Positions 33,767-44,257 are shown, counted from the first letter of the stretch. The stretch: 64,000 nucleotides of DNA from an uncultured Gemmatimonadales bacterium (GCA_963728915.1 CAVSLV010000001.1:1659480-1723479); one strand, 5' to 3'. Notes: generated by a model not told the origin, from the letters alone. Program-made: numbers and translations.

Positions 33767-35206
33767 TTACGCCGGTCCGTCGACATGGCCGAGCTCATGG
33801 GTAACGAGGTCCCTGATGGCGGTGCTCTGAGCGGGCCGAATGCCCCATTCCGTCCGACGAAGCATCAGATCCTCCGGGTAAATCACCGCTTCCTGGTTTG
33901 CGATCTCGGAAATGAGTTTGCGGGCCTTGTCGAGATCGGTGGCCATCAGGCGACTGATCTGATCGGCATCGGGCGGTGATGGTGACGGTACTCGGTCAGG
34001 GAATCTCTCTCTCCAGGGTCGGCGCAACTTGGCGATGACCATCCGGATGGTCTTTTCCGCCACCTTGCGGGCAGTGGTGAACTTCACCCCGGAGATGCTG
34101 ATCAGGCCCTCCGGCCCCCCCTGGGAACCGTGGTCCAGAATGACTTCCCGGTCAGAGAACAAAAGGGACTTGTCCCGCTTCACGGGAAGAAAGCCTGGGA
34201 GGATCTGTGCTACTTCGTCAATTCGAAATCCAATGCTGGGGATTGCCTCGTTAAGGTCCCCCAGGAGATCCGAAACCGCTGCTGGCGGAACCGCGGGAGC
34301 GTCAATTGGTCCTTGCCAGGCGGTGTAGTACGTCCCCGCAAACAGCAGTTCATCGGAGCTGTGAAGAAAATAGATGCGGGAGCCTTGTCGCGGTGGAGAT
34401 ACCGCCAATGCCATCGAGGAGAGCAATGGCTTTTTCAGCACGAGGTTGAACCCGAGGCAGGGGCGGAAGAGCTCCGGCCGGTCGCGGTCCCAGTTCGCAG
34501 CCAGCTCACGGCACCAAGGCCCGGCGCAGTTCACCACAATCGGAGCACGAAAGGTCAACACGTCCCCAGAGATCCTTTCCCTCACCACAATATCCCCTGT
34601 TGCCTTACGACCGATGACCTCCGCGTAATTCAGAGCCTTTGCCCCGAGCGAGCAGGCCCACTTGATCATTTCAATCAAGACCCGGCTCGCGCTGGACATG
34701 ATTGCATCGTACCATACCGCCCCTGCCTGCAACCCCCGAGGGTTGACATGAGGGAAGATCGTCTTGGTTTCGTCAGAGTCGAGGATTCGACCATTTGGAA
34801 GAAGGTGCCCCTGATCGCTTCCCTTGTTTCTGTTTCTTGAGAGGAGGTCATTGAGAGCCAGGGCGGCGCGAAGAATCGTCGGCCGCTTGAGCCCGTTGCC
34901 GTAGAGCGGGAGCAGGCAGGGAAGCGGACTCACCAGTTCGGGGAAATGGTTGAGGAACCACCTCCGCTCAGCGACCGACTCGGCAAACCGGTACAAATCC
35001 CCGGTTTGGAGATATCGAAAGCCGCCATGCACGATCCGAAGGCTGTTCCAGCTCGTTGCTGCTCCAAAATCGGCGCGGTCCAGCAGGAGAGGCCGAAGAC
35101 CCTGACCCGCGGCCATGAGTGCGAGCGAGACCCCATAGATGCCGGCACCCACGATTATCAGATCGTAGGACATCGACGCGGCTTCGTTGGGCGCACGCCG
35201 GATCAT
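33767..35206 (-). CDS. FAD-dependent oxidoreductase, GlpD/DAO-like
   Basis: IVGAGIYG, TSWNSLRIVHGGFRYL, VNCAGPW, SGVKFTTARKVAE, LRRTEW. Start is 35206 (ATGA overlap) or 35173. Confidence 0.85.
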   Translation of the reverse strand: MIRRAPNEAASMSYDLIIVGAGIYGVSLALMAAGQGLRPLLLDRADFGAATSWNSLRIVHGGFRYLQTGDLYRFAESVAERRWFLNHFPELVSPLPCLLPLYGNGLKRPTILRAALALNDLLSRNRNKGSDQGHLLPNGRILDSDETKTIFPHVNPRGLQAGAVWYDAIMSSASRVLIEMIKWACSLGAKALNYAEVIGRKATGDIVVRERISGDVLTFRAPIVVNCAGPWCRELAANWDRDRPELFRPCLGFNLVLKKPLLSSMALAVSPPRQGSRIYFLHSSDELLFAGTYYTAWQGPIDAPAVPPAAVSDLLGDLNEAIPSIGFRIDEVAQILPGFLPVKRDKSLLFSDREVILDHGSQGGPEGLISISGVKFTTARKVAEKTIRMVIAKLRRPWRERFPDRVPSPSPPDADQISRLMATDLDKARKLISEIANQEAVIYPEDLMLRRTEWGIRPAQSTAIRDLVTHELGHVDGPA

Positions 35207-36570
35207 CGCTGAATTCCCGCATCGGAAATGGTGGAATCGCCCCTGAGCAGGACATTCCGGGCGATGAAGTCCGTGATGATCGCGTGGCCTCGATCGTTGA
35301 TATGGGTATCGTCTCTCCAGAATACGAGCTCCCCGGAGGCATCGAAGATCCGATACGCTTCCCGGGTCAACACCGGCTTGGCATCCAAACACCGGATGTC
35401 CACTCGTCGACACGCGTCAAGGAGCGCCCGCCCGAAACCGGAATCCTCGAGGTCGGTCGGCTTGCGGGCCCGTCCTTCCAGAATCCAGCGATAGACCTCC
35501 GCTTTGGCTGGAAGGATCACCACGGTGAGATCGAGGTCGTGCTCCAGGGTGAACTGTCGCACCCCCGCCATAGCTCTCTCGATCCTCGGAAAATTCGGAT
35601 GCCCCTCCGCCTGAGCCTGGCTCAGATCGACGTTATTGCGATACAGCGCCTTGAACAGGATAGGTTCCCCATTCGGGAGCTCCCGCCGGATCACCGCACC
35701 TGATTGGTCATCATCCAGAAGAGGGCCGAGAACCATTAGCAACAACTGGCGGATCGGGGATCGCTCCCGATATGCCTGATACCGGATTCTCAAGGCCTTG
35801 AGCCCAGTCCGCCTGGGCAACGTGGCCAGATCCACATAGTCGTTGGCGGCGTCGGTGAGGTCATTGCCGGTGAACAACACCCAGACGACATGGGCGTGAG
35901 GACGAAAGGCGAGCTCCGGGAATTCGACCTGTAGATTGACGAACTGGTATTGCGGTCCGGATGGATACGACAGGTTGTAGACGCCGGCACCATACCTCTG
36001 TTCCAGCAGGGTCGCGAAAATGCTGTCTTGGGTGGTTCCCAAGCCGGCCCCAAACGAGTCTCCGAGGATCAGCACATCGATGTCCCGTCCGGGATGGGTA
36101 TTCCGAAACCCGCGCCGGTCGGTTTGAAAACGGATAAACCGCATCTGCCGCACCTCAGGATCTCTCGACATCCCGGCCAGATCTCCATAGGAGTTTCCCT
36201 GGAACTCCGAGGAGGGAGCGAATCGCAACAACCACGGGATCTCGGGCAGCGACACACTCTGGATTTCGGACTGGACCCGGAGCCCGACCAGCCGAAACGC
36301 GAGATCCAGCGTGGCCAGCGTCAGACAGAAGATCGTGGTGAACACCAGCAGACCCCGGATCCAGAGGATTCGTGGCAAGAGCACGAAGACGACCACCGGA
36401 ACCACCAGGAGCAGGACGAGCTTTGGCCGGGCGAGAACGGTATTGTCAAACGGAAGAAACCAGGCGATCCAGGGGTTATCCAGCAGACCTACTGCGAATA
36501 GGGTCGTGACTGCGACGACGCCGAGGAGCACCAATCCCCATCGGCTGCCGGTCGTCGTGCGTGTGGTCAT
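35203..36570 (-). CDS. AlgX/AlgJ-like SGNH O-acyltransferase with N-terminal TM helices
   Basis: TDRRGFRN, LGDSFG, FTGND, FWRDDTHIN. ATG 36570 overlaps the upstream stop. Confidence 0.82.
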   Translation of the reverse strand: MTTRTTTGSRWGLVLLGVVAVTTLFAVGLLDNPWIAWFLPFDNTVLARPKLVLLLVVPVVVFVLLPRILWIRGLLVFTTIFCLTLATLDLAFRLVGLRVQSEIQSVSLPEIPWLLRFAPSSEFQGNSYGDLAGMSRDPEVRQMRFIRFQTDRRGFRNTHPGRDIDVLILGDSFGAGLGTTQDSIFATLLEQRYGAGVYNLSYPSGPQYQFVNLQVEFPELAFRPHAHVVWVLFTGNDLTDAANDYVDLATLPRRTGLKALRIRYQAYRERSPIRQLLLMVLGPLLDDDQSGAVIRRELPNGEPILFKALYRNNVDLSQAQAEGHPNFPRIERAMAGVRQFTLEHDLDLTVVILPAKAEVYRWILEGRARKPTDLEDSGFGRALLDACRRVDIRCLDAKPVLTREAYRIFDASGELVFWRDDTHINDRGHAIITDFIARNVLLRGDSTISDAGIQR

Positions 36571-37475
36571 GGTTGGTGGCCCCGAGATGGAATCGGCCAT
36601 GGTGGCTGCCCGAGCCGTTTCCGCCACTGGATCCGAACTTGGGTCAGGAGGAAACGGGAGAGGTCCGCAGGATGCCCGAAGGTCGGTGGTTGCGCGGTCA
36701 ATGCCCGAAGCAATCGCACCAGTTCCGCTCCGGCCCGGGACGTTCGCAGGGGTCCGCCAGGACGAAACCAAACGAGCCAACCCGCCGCTCCCTCGGACGA
36801 CGAGCGGCAGAGGATCGGTTCCTGGCAGCACGAAGAGTCCGCTGGACTCGCGCCGGAGGCAAGCAGCTTCGGAAAGCCTGCGATCCCGAGTCGCCCGGCA
36901 TTGTCTCCGAGAAAGAGACCTTGAGGATCGGCTGAGCCGATGAGTTGCCGAACCAGCCGTCCACGCTGACCTCGCCACTTCCCGACTCCCCACGGAAGCA
37001 CCACGATGGCACCCGCCTTGGCGGCGCTCCGCAGTGTGACCTGAAGGTCGAGCCCGTCCGGCAATTCGGCGGCACATCCAAGCGCAAGGACTTCCAGCCC
37101 CTCGCGGCTGACCATCTGGCGGCCCGCCACGAGAACCAGTTGGCAGGTCCCTCCCTCAGCAATCAGGGCGATGCCATCCTGGCCTTCGCGCAGGATCCAC
37201 TTCCCCAAGCCCCTCTGGCCACGGGCCGCTACGTTCCTCCAGCGATCAAACCAATGATCCCCCGACCGCTCGGTAAGAAACAGGCAACCGGTCCATCGTG
37301 GTGCGCCCAGCGCCGCCGCCGCCGCCGCGAAGTTGGTGGAAGCAGCGTTGAGAAACTGCTCCTCCCCGAAGCATTCGTAGTAATGCACATGTCCATCAAC
37401 CAGCACTGGCGCCGGAAGGACGCTGTCGTTGTCTTCTTCGACTCTCGGAGGCGAGCTGGCTCTCCGAAGGGGCAT
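36567..37475 (-). CDS. PHP/amidohydrolase-like metal-dependent protein (compensating frameshifts near 36750-36850)
   Basis: VDGHVH, LFLTE, AGRQ, EGLEVL, PWGVGKW, LGDNAGR. LPGTDPLP and RRVGSFGF lie in neighbouring frames. Confidence 0.65.
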   Translation of the reverse strand: MPLRRASSPPRVEEDNDSVLPAPVLVDGHVHYYECFGEEQFLNAASTNFAAAAAALGAPRWTGCLFLTERSGDHWFDRWRNVAARGQRGLGKWILREGQDGIALIAEGGTCQLVLVAGRQMVSREGLEVLALGCAAELPDGLDLQVTLRSAAKAGAIVVLPWGVGKWRGQRGRLVRQLIGSADPQGLFLGDNAGRLGIAGFPKLLASGASPADSSCCQEPILCRSSSEGAAGWLVWFRPGGPLRTSRAGAELVRLLRALTAQPPTFGHPADLSRFLLTQVRIQWRKRLGQPPWPIPSRGHQP

Positions 37476-39355
37476 CAGGAGCCCGCATGGGTGAAGAATC
37501 GATCGTACCACAAACTCGTCGTCATCAACCCCCAGAGAACGTGGTTGTGGTTGTGGCGCTGGTCCAGGTGTTCCTGGATGAGTTGATTGACATAGTCCAC
37601 GTTCATGAGATCCCGGATTACCGGGGATTCATTCAGCACCCGGGTCATGTAGCCCCGCAATTGGCCCCGGAGAAGATTCTTGACCGGCAGACTGTACCCT
37701 TGCTTCCCCCGGAACACGATCTCGTCGGGGAGGATGCCGGTCAAGACTTTGCGAAACAAGTGCTTGGTCTCGAGTCCCTTCAGTTTCCAACTGCCGGGAA
37801 AGCTCGCGTTCAATTCCACAAAATGATGGTCAAGCAGGGGGACTCGGACCTCGAGAGAATGCGCCATGCTCATCTTGTCCACCTTCATCAGAACGCTATC
37901 CGGCATCATGAAGCGCGTGTCGAGATAGAGTTCACGATTGACGGGATCTGCTGTCGGACAACGTGCGGCGCAGGCTCGCACCTGGCGGAACGGATCCAGG
38001 TCGAGACTTTCGCTGAACGCAGGCGTGAACAGGCGCGCGGCCAGATTGCGGCTCAGAAAGTACTGCCAACGAAGGTGCATGCCTTCGGCATCCAGCTCCG
38101 AGCCTTCGACGAACCGCTTGAGAAGATTGATTGGCCCCTTCTTCTGAGCCTGATCGGGAAGGGCCCGAACCATGTTGCCGATGACGTGCCGTCGTACCGC
38201 GCTGGGAATTATCGAGTAGTATCGGTTGATGCGGCTCGCTTTGAACCGATCATAGCCGGCGAACACCTCGTCCCCTCCCTCTCCGCTCAGGCTCACCGTC
38301 ACCTGGGCGCGCGCCTGCTCGCAGGCCAGCATCAACGGGATCGCCGAGAGGTCCGTCATCGGCTCATCCAGGTGATACACCGATCGCTCAATGGCGGCTT
38401 CCGTCACCCCCTCGATCATCAACACGTGGTGCTCGGTACCGAAGTGCTTCGACACCACTTCGGCATAATTCAACTCGCTGAAGCTCCGGTCCGGATATCC
38501 AATCGAGAAGGTCCGAAGAGGGCCCGAGATGTGCTGGCGCATGAAGGCCACCAGAGCGCTTGAATCAAGACCTCCAGAGAGAAACACTCCGAGAGGTACG
38601 TCGCTCAGGAGGTGGCTCTTGACGCAGGATGACAACTTCTCCCTGACCTCTTCCACCACATCATCCACGGTGACACGGCTCACATCCCGGGGCTCAAATG
38701 ACAAGTCCCAATAAGGACTGACCCGTGCCGCCTCGTTCTCCCAGATGAGCTGGTGCCCGGCCGGCAACTTGTTAATGCCCATGAACATGGTTGCCGGAGC
38801 AGGGACAAACTCGAATCCGAGATAGTCGTACAGGCCCTGGCGATTGATTTCCCGGGGAACCTCGGGGTCGGCGAGGATCGCCTTGATTTCAGAACCGAAG
38901 AGCAGCCGGTTGTTGCGCACTGAGTAGTACAGTGGTTTGATGCCGATGCGGTCCCGGACCAGCCACAGACGCCTGCGGGGACGGTCCCAGATGGCGAACG
39001 CAAACATTCCGTCGAGCCGGTGGACCGACTCCAGGCCCCATTCCTGGTAGGCATACAGGAGCACTTCGGTATCGCAATGCCCCTGGAACTTGTAGCCTTT
39101 CTGCTCCAGGAGTGCCCGCAACTCGGGATAGTTGTAGATCTCTCCGTTGTACACCAGGACGACGGAGCCGTCGCTCGTCGACATCGGCTGATGTCCGCTC
39201 TCGGAGAGATCGAGAATGCTGAGCCGCCGGTGCACCAGCGTCACCTGCTCGTCGGCATAGCTCCCCTGGGAATCCGGGCCTCGATGCACCAGGCTTCGCA
39301 TCATCCGGCAGGCGAGCCCCGGGTCGGCCCAGGTGAACCCCGCAATTCCGCACAT
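37475..39355 (-). CDS. asnB: Asparagine synthase (glutamine-hydrolysing) family amidotransferase
   Basis: N-terminal MCGIAG, HRGPD, RLSILDL, YNGEIYN, LSGGLDSS, SGEGGDE, KVDKMSMAHSLEVRVP. Confidence 0.95.
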   Translation of the reverse strand: MCGIAGFTWADPGLACRMMRSLVHRGPDSQGSYADEQVTLVHRRLSILDLSESGHQPMSTSDGSVVLVYNGEIYNYPELRALLEQKGYKFQGHCDTEVLLYAYQEWGLESVHRLDGMFAFAIWDRPRRRLWLVRDRIGIKPLYYSVRNNRLLFGSEIKAILADPEVPREINRQGLYDYLGFEFVPAPATMFMGINKLPAGHQLIWENEAARVSPYWDLSFEPRDVSRVTVDDVVEEVREKLSSCVKSHLLSDVPLGVFLSGGLDSSALVAFMRQHISGPLRTFSIGYPDRSFSELNYAEVVSKHFGTEHHVLMIEGVTEAAIERSVYHLDEPMTDLSAIPLMLACEQARAQVTVSLSGEGGDEVFAGYDRFKASRINRYYSIIPSAVRRHVIGNMVRALPDQAQKKGPINLLKRFVEGSELDAEGMHLRWQYFLSRNLAARLFTPAFSESLDLDPFRQVRACAARCPTADPVNRELYLDTRFMMPDSVLMKVDKMSMAHSLEVRVPLLDHHFVELNASFPGSWKLKGLETKHLFRKVLTGILPDEIVFRGKQGYSLPVKNLLRGQLRGYMTRVLNESPVIRDLMNVDYVNQLIQEHLDQRHNHNHVLWGLMTTSLWYDRFFTHAGS

Positions 39356-40353
39356 CAGGCCACCCTGCCGCTGATGAGGCCTTGCGCCAGGTACCAGCGT
39401 CCGGTCTCCCGAAGGCAATCATCGAGCGGAATATCCGGATCGTAGCCGAAGTCCTTTCTCGCCGCGTCGATCTTGAAGGACCGGTTCTGAATGAACCAAT
39501 CGAGCCTCCGCCGAAAGAGCGGCGGATCGCTTTTGAGGGGCTTCCACAGCAGCTCACACAGCCAGGCAACCAGGAACATCGGCCGATAGGGAACCCGAAT
39601 GAACCTCACCTGTTTCCCAAGCACCAGGCCGATCCGGCGAACCAGCTCCTCGATGGGGAGGCTCGCTTTGTCGGCGATCAGATAGGCCCGGCCGCGTGTG
39701 GCATCCGATTCCATGGCCTGGAGCATCGCCCGGGTGAGATGGCGGATGTAGCACGGATGGTAGTGGGTGCGCCCGTCGCCTACCATGATGAAACGACCTT
39801 TGGCGGCGCGCCGGTACAGCATGACGAATCGCTCGGGATCGCCGGGCCCGAAGATGGCCGCCGGCCGGACGATGGTAATCCACATCCCCTTCTCGAGGTA
39901 TTCCTGACAAACCTTCTCCCCTTCCCACTTGGTCTCCTGGTACCAGTCCGCGGGGGCGATAGGGGCGCTTTCGTCGGCCGGAGGATGTTCGACATTGCCG
40001 TGCACGCCGCAGGTGGAGCAGTAGAGCACCCGCGGCACCCGGGCCTTCTCGGCCGCCTCGAGAACCCGGCGGGTGCCTTCGACGTTGACGTCCCAGTACA
40101 CCCGCCTGGGGAGATTGATTCTCCTGAACGCCGCCGCGAGATGATAGATTCGATCACAACCCGAGGCCAATCGATCCAGCAGTGGACCATCGGTCACCGA
40201 ACCGAGGTGGAGCTCTGCGCCCCTCCCCTTCAGCTCCTCGAAACGCATCCCGGGCTGGTTATCCAGTCCGACCACCTGATGCCCGGCCTCCAGCAATTCC
40301 TCGGTCAACGCGGACCCTGTGAAGCCGGTGGCCCCGGTTATGAGAATTCTCAT
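39355..40353 (-). CDS. NAD-dependent epimerase/dehydratase (extended SDR)
   Basis: TGATGFTG, HLAA, YQETK (YxxxK), RPAAIFGPGD. Confidence 0.92.
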   Translation of the reverse strand: MRILITGATGFTGSALTEELLEAGHQVVGLDNQPGMRFEELKGRGAELHLGSVTDGPLLDRLASGCDRIYHLAAAFRRINLPRRVYWDVNVEGTRRVLEAAEKARVPRVLYCSTCGVHGNVEHPPADESAPIAPADWYQETKWEGEKVCQEYLEKGMWITIVRPAAIFGPGDPERFVMLYRRAAKGRFIMVGDGRTHYHPCYIRHLTRAMLQAMESDATRGRAYLIADKASLPIEELVRRIGLVLGKQVRFIRVPYRPMFLVAWLCELLWKPLKSDPPLFRRRLDWFIQNRSFKIDAARKDFGYDPDIPLDDCLRETGRWYLAQGLISGRVA

Positions 40354-41477
40354 CGTAGGATTTGCTCGTAAAAGCGTTCAAGGCGCCGCTGAAAGGCGGA
40401 ACGGTCATAGCTGGTCTCGGCAAGCCGGCGGCCCGCCGTACCCAGCCGCTCACGAAGGTCGGGGGAATCCATCAGGCGTCGCATGCCCAGCGCCATGTCT
40501 TCCGGGGTCGGCTCGACGAGACAGGCACACTCATCGGAGAGAACCTGGGTGTGGGTCATCAGGCGGGTAGCGAGAATCGGCTTTGACGAGAGCAGGTAGC
40601 TGTACAGCTTCATCGGCGTGTTGGTCCCCTTGATCCGGGGGGACACCAGGATGTCGGCGTGTCGCAGGACCCGGCTGATCCGATCGATCGGGACCGAACC
40701 TGCGAATCGTACCTGCGCGCCGACGCCGAGCCGTTCGGCCTTCTGTTGATAGGCGCTGATCCGGGCCGGCTCACCGCCGACCACGATCAGAGCTGCATCC
40801 CGCCGATCCGGTGCGACCCGCGCAAACGCCTCCAGCATCAAGTCGACCCCCTGGTACCGCTCGAGATTACCGACGTACATCAACCGCACCCCGGCCCCCC
40901 GAATGATGGCCTCCGGCAGCGGACCGTCCTGCTCACCCGCCAGGGCGACATCCGGGAAGGTATGCACGTTCGCGTTCTTCTTCCGGGCCTCCTCGGCCAG
41001 TGCCGGACAGACCGCAAGGACTCCGAGGCTTCGCCGCAAGGCGTGAGTCTCCAGCCAATCGAATACTTTCACCGCCGGCCAGTAGAATAGAGATCGTTCG
41101 CGCAGCTGACAGCTCAGGCACGAATCCATATCGTAGACGAACGGGACCGGCGACCGGGCCGCAAGAAACACCGACTCCTCCACCGCATGGATCACATCGT
41201 AGGACGACTGGCGAATCATCCGGCGAAACTTCCACCACATCATCACGTCACAAAACAGCTTTCGAAATGAAGGTCCAATGGGAACGTTCCGGACAAAGGG
41301 CAATCGAGCCGTCCGATGGATCGTTACCCCCGGGAGGTTCACCGGCTCACCAAGATGGTAGGTCAATACATCGACCTGGTGCCCCATTCGGGCGAGGTCT
41401 TCACAGACGAACCGGACCGCAATTGGAGTGCCACGCTGTGAGAAAAAAGGATGAGGCGCCAGGACGAGGATTCTCAC
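40350..41477 (-). CDS. Glycosyltransferase family 4
   Basis: RGTPIAV, YVGNLERYQG, SPRIKGTNTPMKLYSYL. Confidence 0.88.
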   Translation of the reverse strand: MRILVLAPHPFFSQRGTPIAVRFVCEDLARMGHQVDVLTYHLGEPVNLPGVTIHRTARLPFVRNVPIGPSFRKLFCDVMMWWKFRRMIRQSSYDVIHAVEESVFLAARSPVPFVYDMDSCLSCQLRERSLFYWPAVKVFDWLETHALRRSLGVLAVCPALAEEARKKNANVHTFPDVALAGEQDGPLPEAIIRGAGVRLMYVGNLERYQGVDLMLEAFARVAPDRRDAALIVVGGEPARISAYQQKAERLGVGAQVRFAGSVPIDRISRVLRHADILVSPRIKGTNTPMKLYSYLLSSKPILATRLMTHTQVLSDECACLVEPTPEDMALGMRRLMDSPDLRERLGTAGRRLAETSYDRSAFQRRLERFYEQILR

Positions 41478-42181
41478 CCGCGGACCGCTCTGAGGCAGAC
41501 TGGAGACCCCAGCAGCCGGGTGAGCCGAACCGACCTTGGCAGAGATTCCAGCAGGCGGGAGATGGCGGGTCGTCTGAGACTGCGGTGTAATACCATCGGC
41601 CAGAAGAATTGTGGGATCGCGTCTGTCCGGGCGAACCCGTGTTCACCGAGCAGGTCGACGATTTCGCGCTTTCGGAAGAGTCGGTAGCGGCGGGTATCTC
41701 CCTCGAGCCTTCGCTTGAGACTGTAGAGCAAGGGTTCCGCCAGATTCATGCTCCACGCTGCGGGATAGTCGAGAATCACGGCATGCCGCGCGACCCGGCA
41801 GAGTCCGGAGATCAGTGCAGGAACGTCCCGAATGTGGGCCAGCATCCGGATCGCAATCACGATATCAAAGCTTCCATCGGCACAAGGTGGATCGGTGAGC
41901 TCTCCCGTCACGTAGCTGATCCGTGAGCCAAACAGTCGTCGCGCTCGAGCAAGGCTTTCGGTTCGGGAGCCCAGGATCGTCACCCTGAATCCGGACTCGA
42001 GCAAGGGCGCGCAGAGCTGGGCATGCCCCCCGCCAACATCAAGGACCGTTCCCGGAGCCCAGGGTCGGGCCAATTCAACAATGGCGTCGTTCTGAACCGA
42101 GAGCAGGTACTCGCCGACTGGGCCGGCAAACCGGTTGGCATAACTTTCTGCGGACGAAACGAGGTCGGGGGTTTCACGCAT
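41474..42181 (-). CDS. Class I SAM-dependent methyltransferase
   Basis: VLDVGGGHAQ motif I, GSFDIVI, RMLAH. Confidence 0.85.
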   Translation of the reverse strand: MRETPDLVSSAESYANRFAGPVGEYLLSVQNDAIVELARPWAPGTVLDVGGGHAQLCAPLLESGFRVTILGSRTESLARARRLFGSRISYVTGELTDPPCADGSFDIVIAIRMLAHIRDVPALISGLCRVARHAVILDYPAAWSMNLAEPLLYSLKRRLEGDTRRYRLFRKREIVDLLGEHGFARTDAIPQFFWPMVLHRSLRRPAISRLLESLPRSVRLTRLLGSPVCLRAVRG

Positions 42182-42378
42182 CCTGAACCAGTTGATCTAT
42201 GGGCGCCATCAAGGGGTCGATATCTTGGCCTTCAGGCAGCAAACCCTGGTCCCCCGAGTGTTGCCAAGCCCCCTCGTGGGTGCCGCGCCTGTGGGAGAAG
42301 CACCAAACGGTTCCTGGCCACATTGTTCGGATCTTGTTGCAGGACATGAGGTTAATCAATCGGAGGCCATATCGGCGA

Positions 42379-42393
42379 TGGCATGGTTACTGC
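42379..42393 (+). promoter_or_regulatory. Candidate sigma54 (-24/-12) promoter for the carbamoyltransferase operon
   Basis: TGGCATGGTTACTGC matches GG-N10-GC and is close to the consensus TGGCAC-N5-TTGC. It lies about 70 nt upstream of ATG 42466. Confidence 0.5.
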
Positions 42394-42465
42394 GCTCGAA
42401 ACGCACGGTTTGGGATTAGGCTGAATAATAGCGACGGGCCAACCCGGCGGTCGAAAGGGAATCGA

Positions 42466-44253
42466 ATGTTGGTGCTCGGACTGGGAACCGAAGGAGACAG
42501 CGGGGCCGCGATCATCGAGAATGGGCGCATTCTCGCAGCGGTCAACGAGGAGCGCCTCTCTCGCTTGAAAATGGCGATTGGCTTTCCAAGAGCCTCCATC
42601 CGGGAAGTTCTTCGACTATCCAACAAGAGCATCAAGGACCTCGATGCCGTGCTGATCGGTGGCACCAGCGATCTCTTCGCCGGAGACCTGGAGCCCTTCG
42701 AGGGATGGTTTCAGCACCATTCTTCCGGTCCAGGGGGGGCGCTGAAGCGGATGGCTGGGCGCTTTGCTCGCCTTCGCGGGGTGATCCCGGGGATCGAGAA
42801 GGCGTACTACGCGGCCCTCGGCCCGAGCTTCTGGCACCGGCGTCATGCGCTCACCCGGATTCTCCATGAAGAATTTGAAGTCGCGTGCCCGATCAAGTTT
42901 GTGGACCATCACTTCGCTCACCTGGCCTCCGCCTACTTCACCAGCGGATTCCGAGACGCTCTGGTGATTTCGCTGGACGGGGGAGGAGACGCTCGAAGTT
43001 CCCTCATCTACGCGGTACGAAACGGCAGTTTTCAATACCTGCACGAAACATCGGCTTTCAACTCCCTGGGGAACTACTACGCCTACGTCACCCACCTGTG
43101 TGGGTTCAAGGCCATGAAGCACGAGGGGAAGATTACCGGCCTGGCCGCCCACGGGGAGCCACGTTTTGTTCCGCTTCTCCGCCAGTTCATCGACGAGGAC
43201 AACGGCCGTATTCTCAACCGGGGCCGGGTGGCAAACCTCGAGGCGATTCACGCGCTCGACCGCCGGCTCCCATCAGGATGGACCCGGGAGGATCTGGCCG
43301 CCAGCATTCAACGACACTTTGAAGATGTGGCAGGACGCTACATCCGGCATTGGGTCCGGGTCGCCGGTCTCAACGACCTGGCGCTGGCCGGCGGAGTAGT
43401 CGCCAACGTGCGGGTTAACCAGGAATTGCACCGGATCCCCGAGGTTCGGCGGATCTTTATTCATCCCCACATGGGCGACGGGGGGCTTTCGGTGGGCGCG
43501 GCGCTCGCGGCATGTGTGCCCGGCACCCTCGACCGGACCATGCCCGCCGATCCGGAGCCGCTGACCGACGTCTACCTCGGCCCGGATCTGTCCCCCCAGG
43601 CAGTCAGGGCCGCGCTCGAGGCGCACGGCTTGCGGGGTGAGCCGTTGTCGGGGCCCATCGAGGAACAGGTTGCCGACCTGCTACAGGCGGGTTACGTCGT
43701 GGCGAGAGCGGATGGCCGCATGGAATACGGTCCCCGCGCCCTGGGAAATCGCTCGATTCTGTATCAGCCCACTGATCGGAAGGTCAATGACTGGCTCAAC
43801 AAGAACCTGCGGCGAACCGAGTTCATGCCGTTCGCCCCTGCTATCTTGTCCGAGAAGTATGGACAGGCGTTCGACGATGTCAACGGCGCGGAACACGCGG
43901 CGGAATTCATGACCATCACGTTTCAGGCAACCCCGTGGACCATCGCGCACCTGGAAGGCGTGGTGCACCTGGACCAGACGGCCCGACCGCAAGTGGTCCG
44001 AAAGGATCGGAACCCTGGCTTCTACCGAATCATCAAGTCCTTCCAGCAGCGAACCGGCCTCCCCGCAGTCATCAACACCAGCTTCAACATGCATGAGGAA
44101 CCGATTGTGTGCTCGGCGGACGACTGCGTGCGCGCCTTTCTGGATGGCAATATCGACTACCTCGCAATCGGGGAGCATCTCGTGAGGCACCCCAAGGGCG
44201 TGACCCACGCCCTCGAGCCGGCGTCCGCAGTCAGAATGGCTCTCTCCGGCTGA
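42466..44253 (+). CDS. O-carbamoyltransferase (NodU/CmcH/TobZ family)
   Basis: AAVNEERLSR, DHHFAHLASA, SLDGGGD, HEGKITGLA, AGGVVANV, EYGPRALGNRS, NTSFNMHEEPIV. Confidence 0.95.
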   Translation: MLVLGLGTEGDSGAAIIENGRILAAVNEERLSRLKMAIGFPRASIREVLRLSNKSIKDLDAVLIGGTSDLFAGDLEPFEGWFQHHSSGPGGALKRMAGRFARLRGVIPGIEKAYYAALGPSFWHRRHALTRILHEEFEVACPIKFVDHHFAHLASAYFTSGFRDALVISLDGGGDARSSLIYAVRNGSFQYLHETSAFNSLGNYYAYVTHLCGFKAMKHEGKITGLAAHGEPRFVPLLRQFIDEDNGRILNRGRVANLEAIHALDRRLPSGWTREDLAASIQRHFEDVAGRYIRHWVRVAGLNDLALAGGVVANVRVNQELHRIPEVRRIFIHPHMGDGGLSVGAALAACVPGTLDRTMPADPEPLTDVYLGPDLSPQAVRAALEAHGLRGEPLSGPIEEQVADLLQAGYVVARADGRMEYGPRALGNRSILYQPTDRKVNDWLNKNLRRTEFMPFAPAILSEKYGQAFDDVNGAEHAAEFMTITFQATPWTIAHLEGVVHLDQTARPQVVRKDRNPGFYRIIKSFQQRTGLPAVINTSFNMHEEPIVCSADDCVRAFLDGNIDYLAIGEHLVRHPKGVTHALEPASAVRMALSG

Positions 44254-44257
44254 CCTC

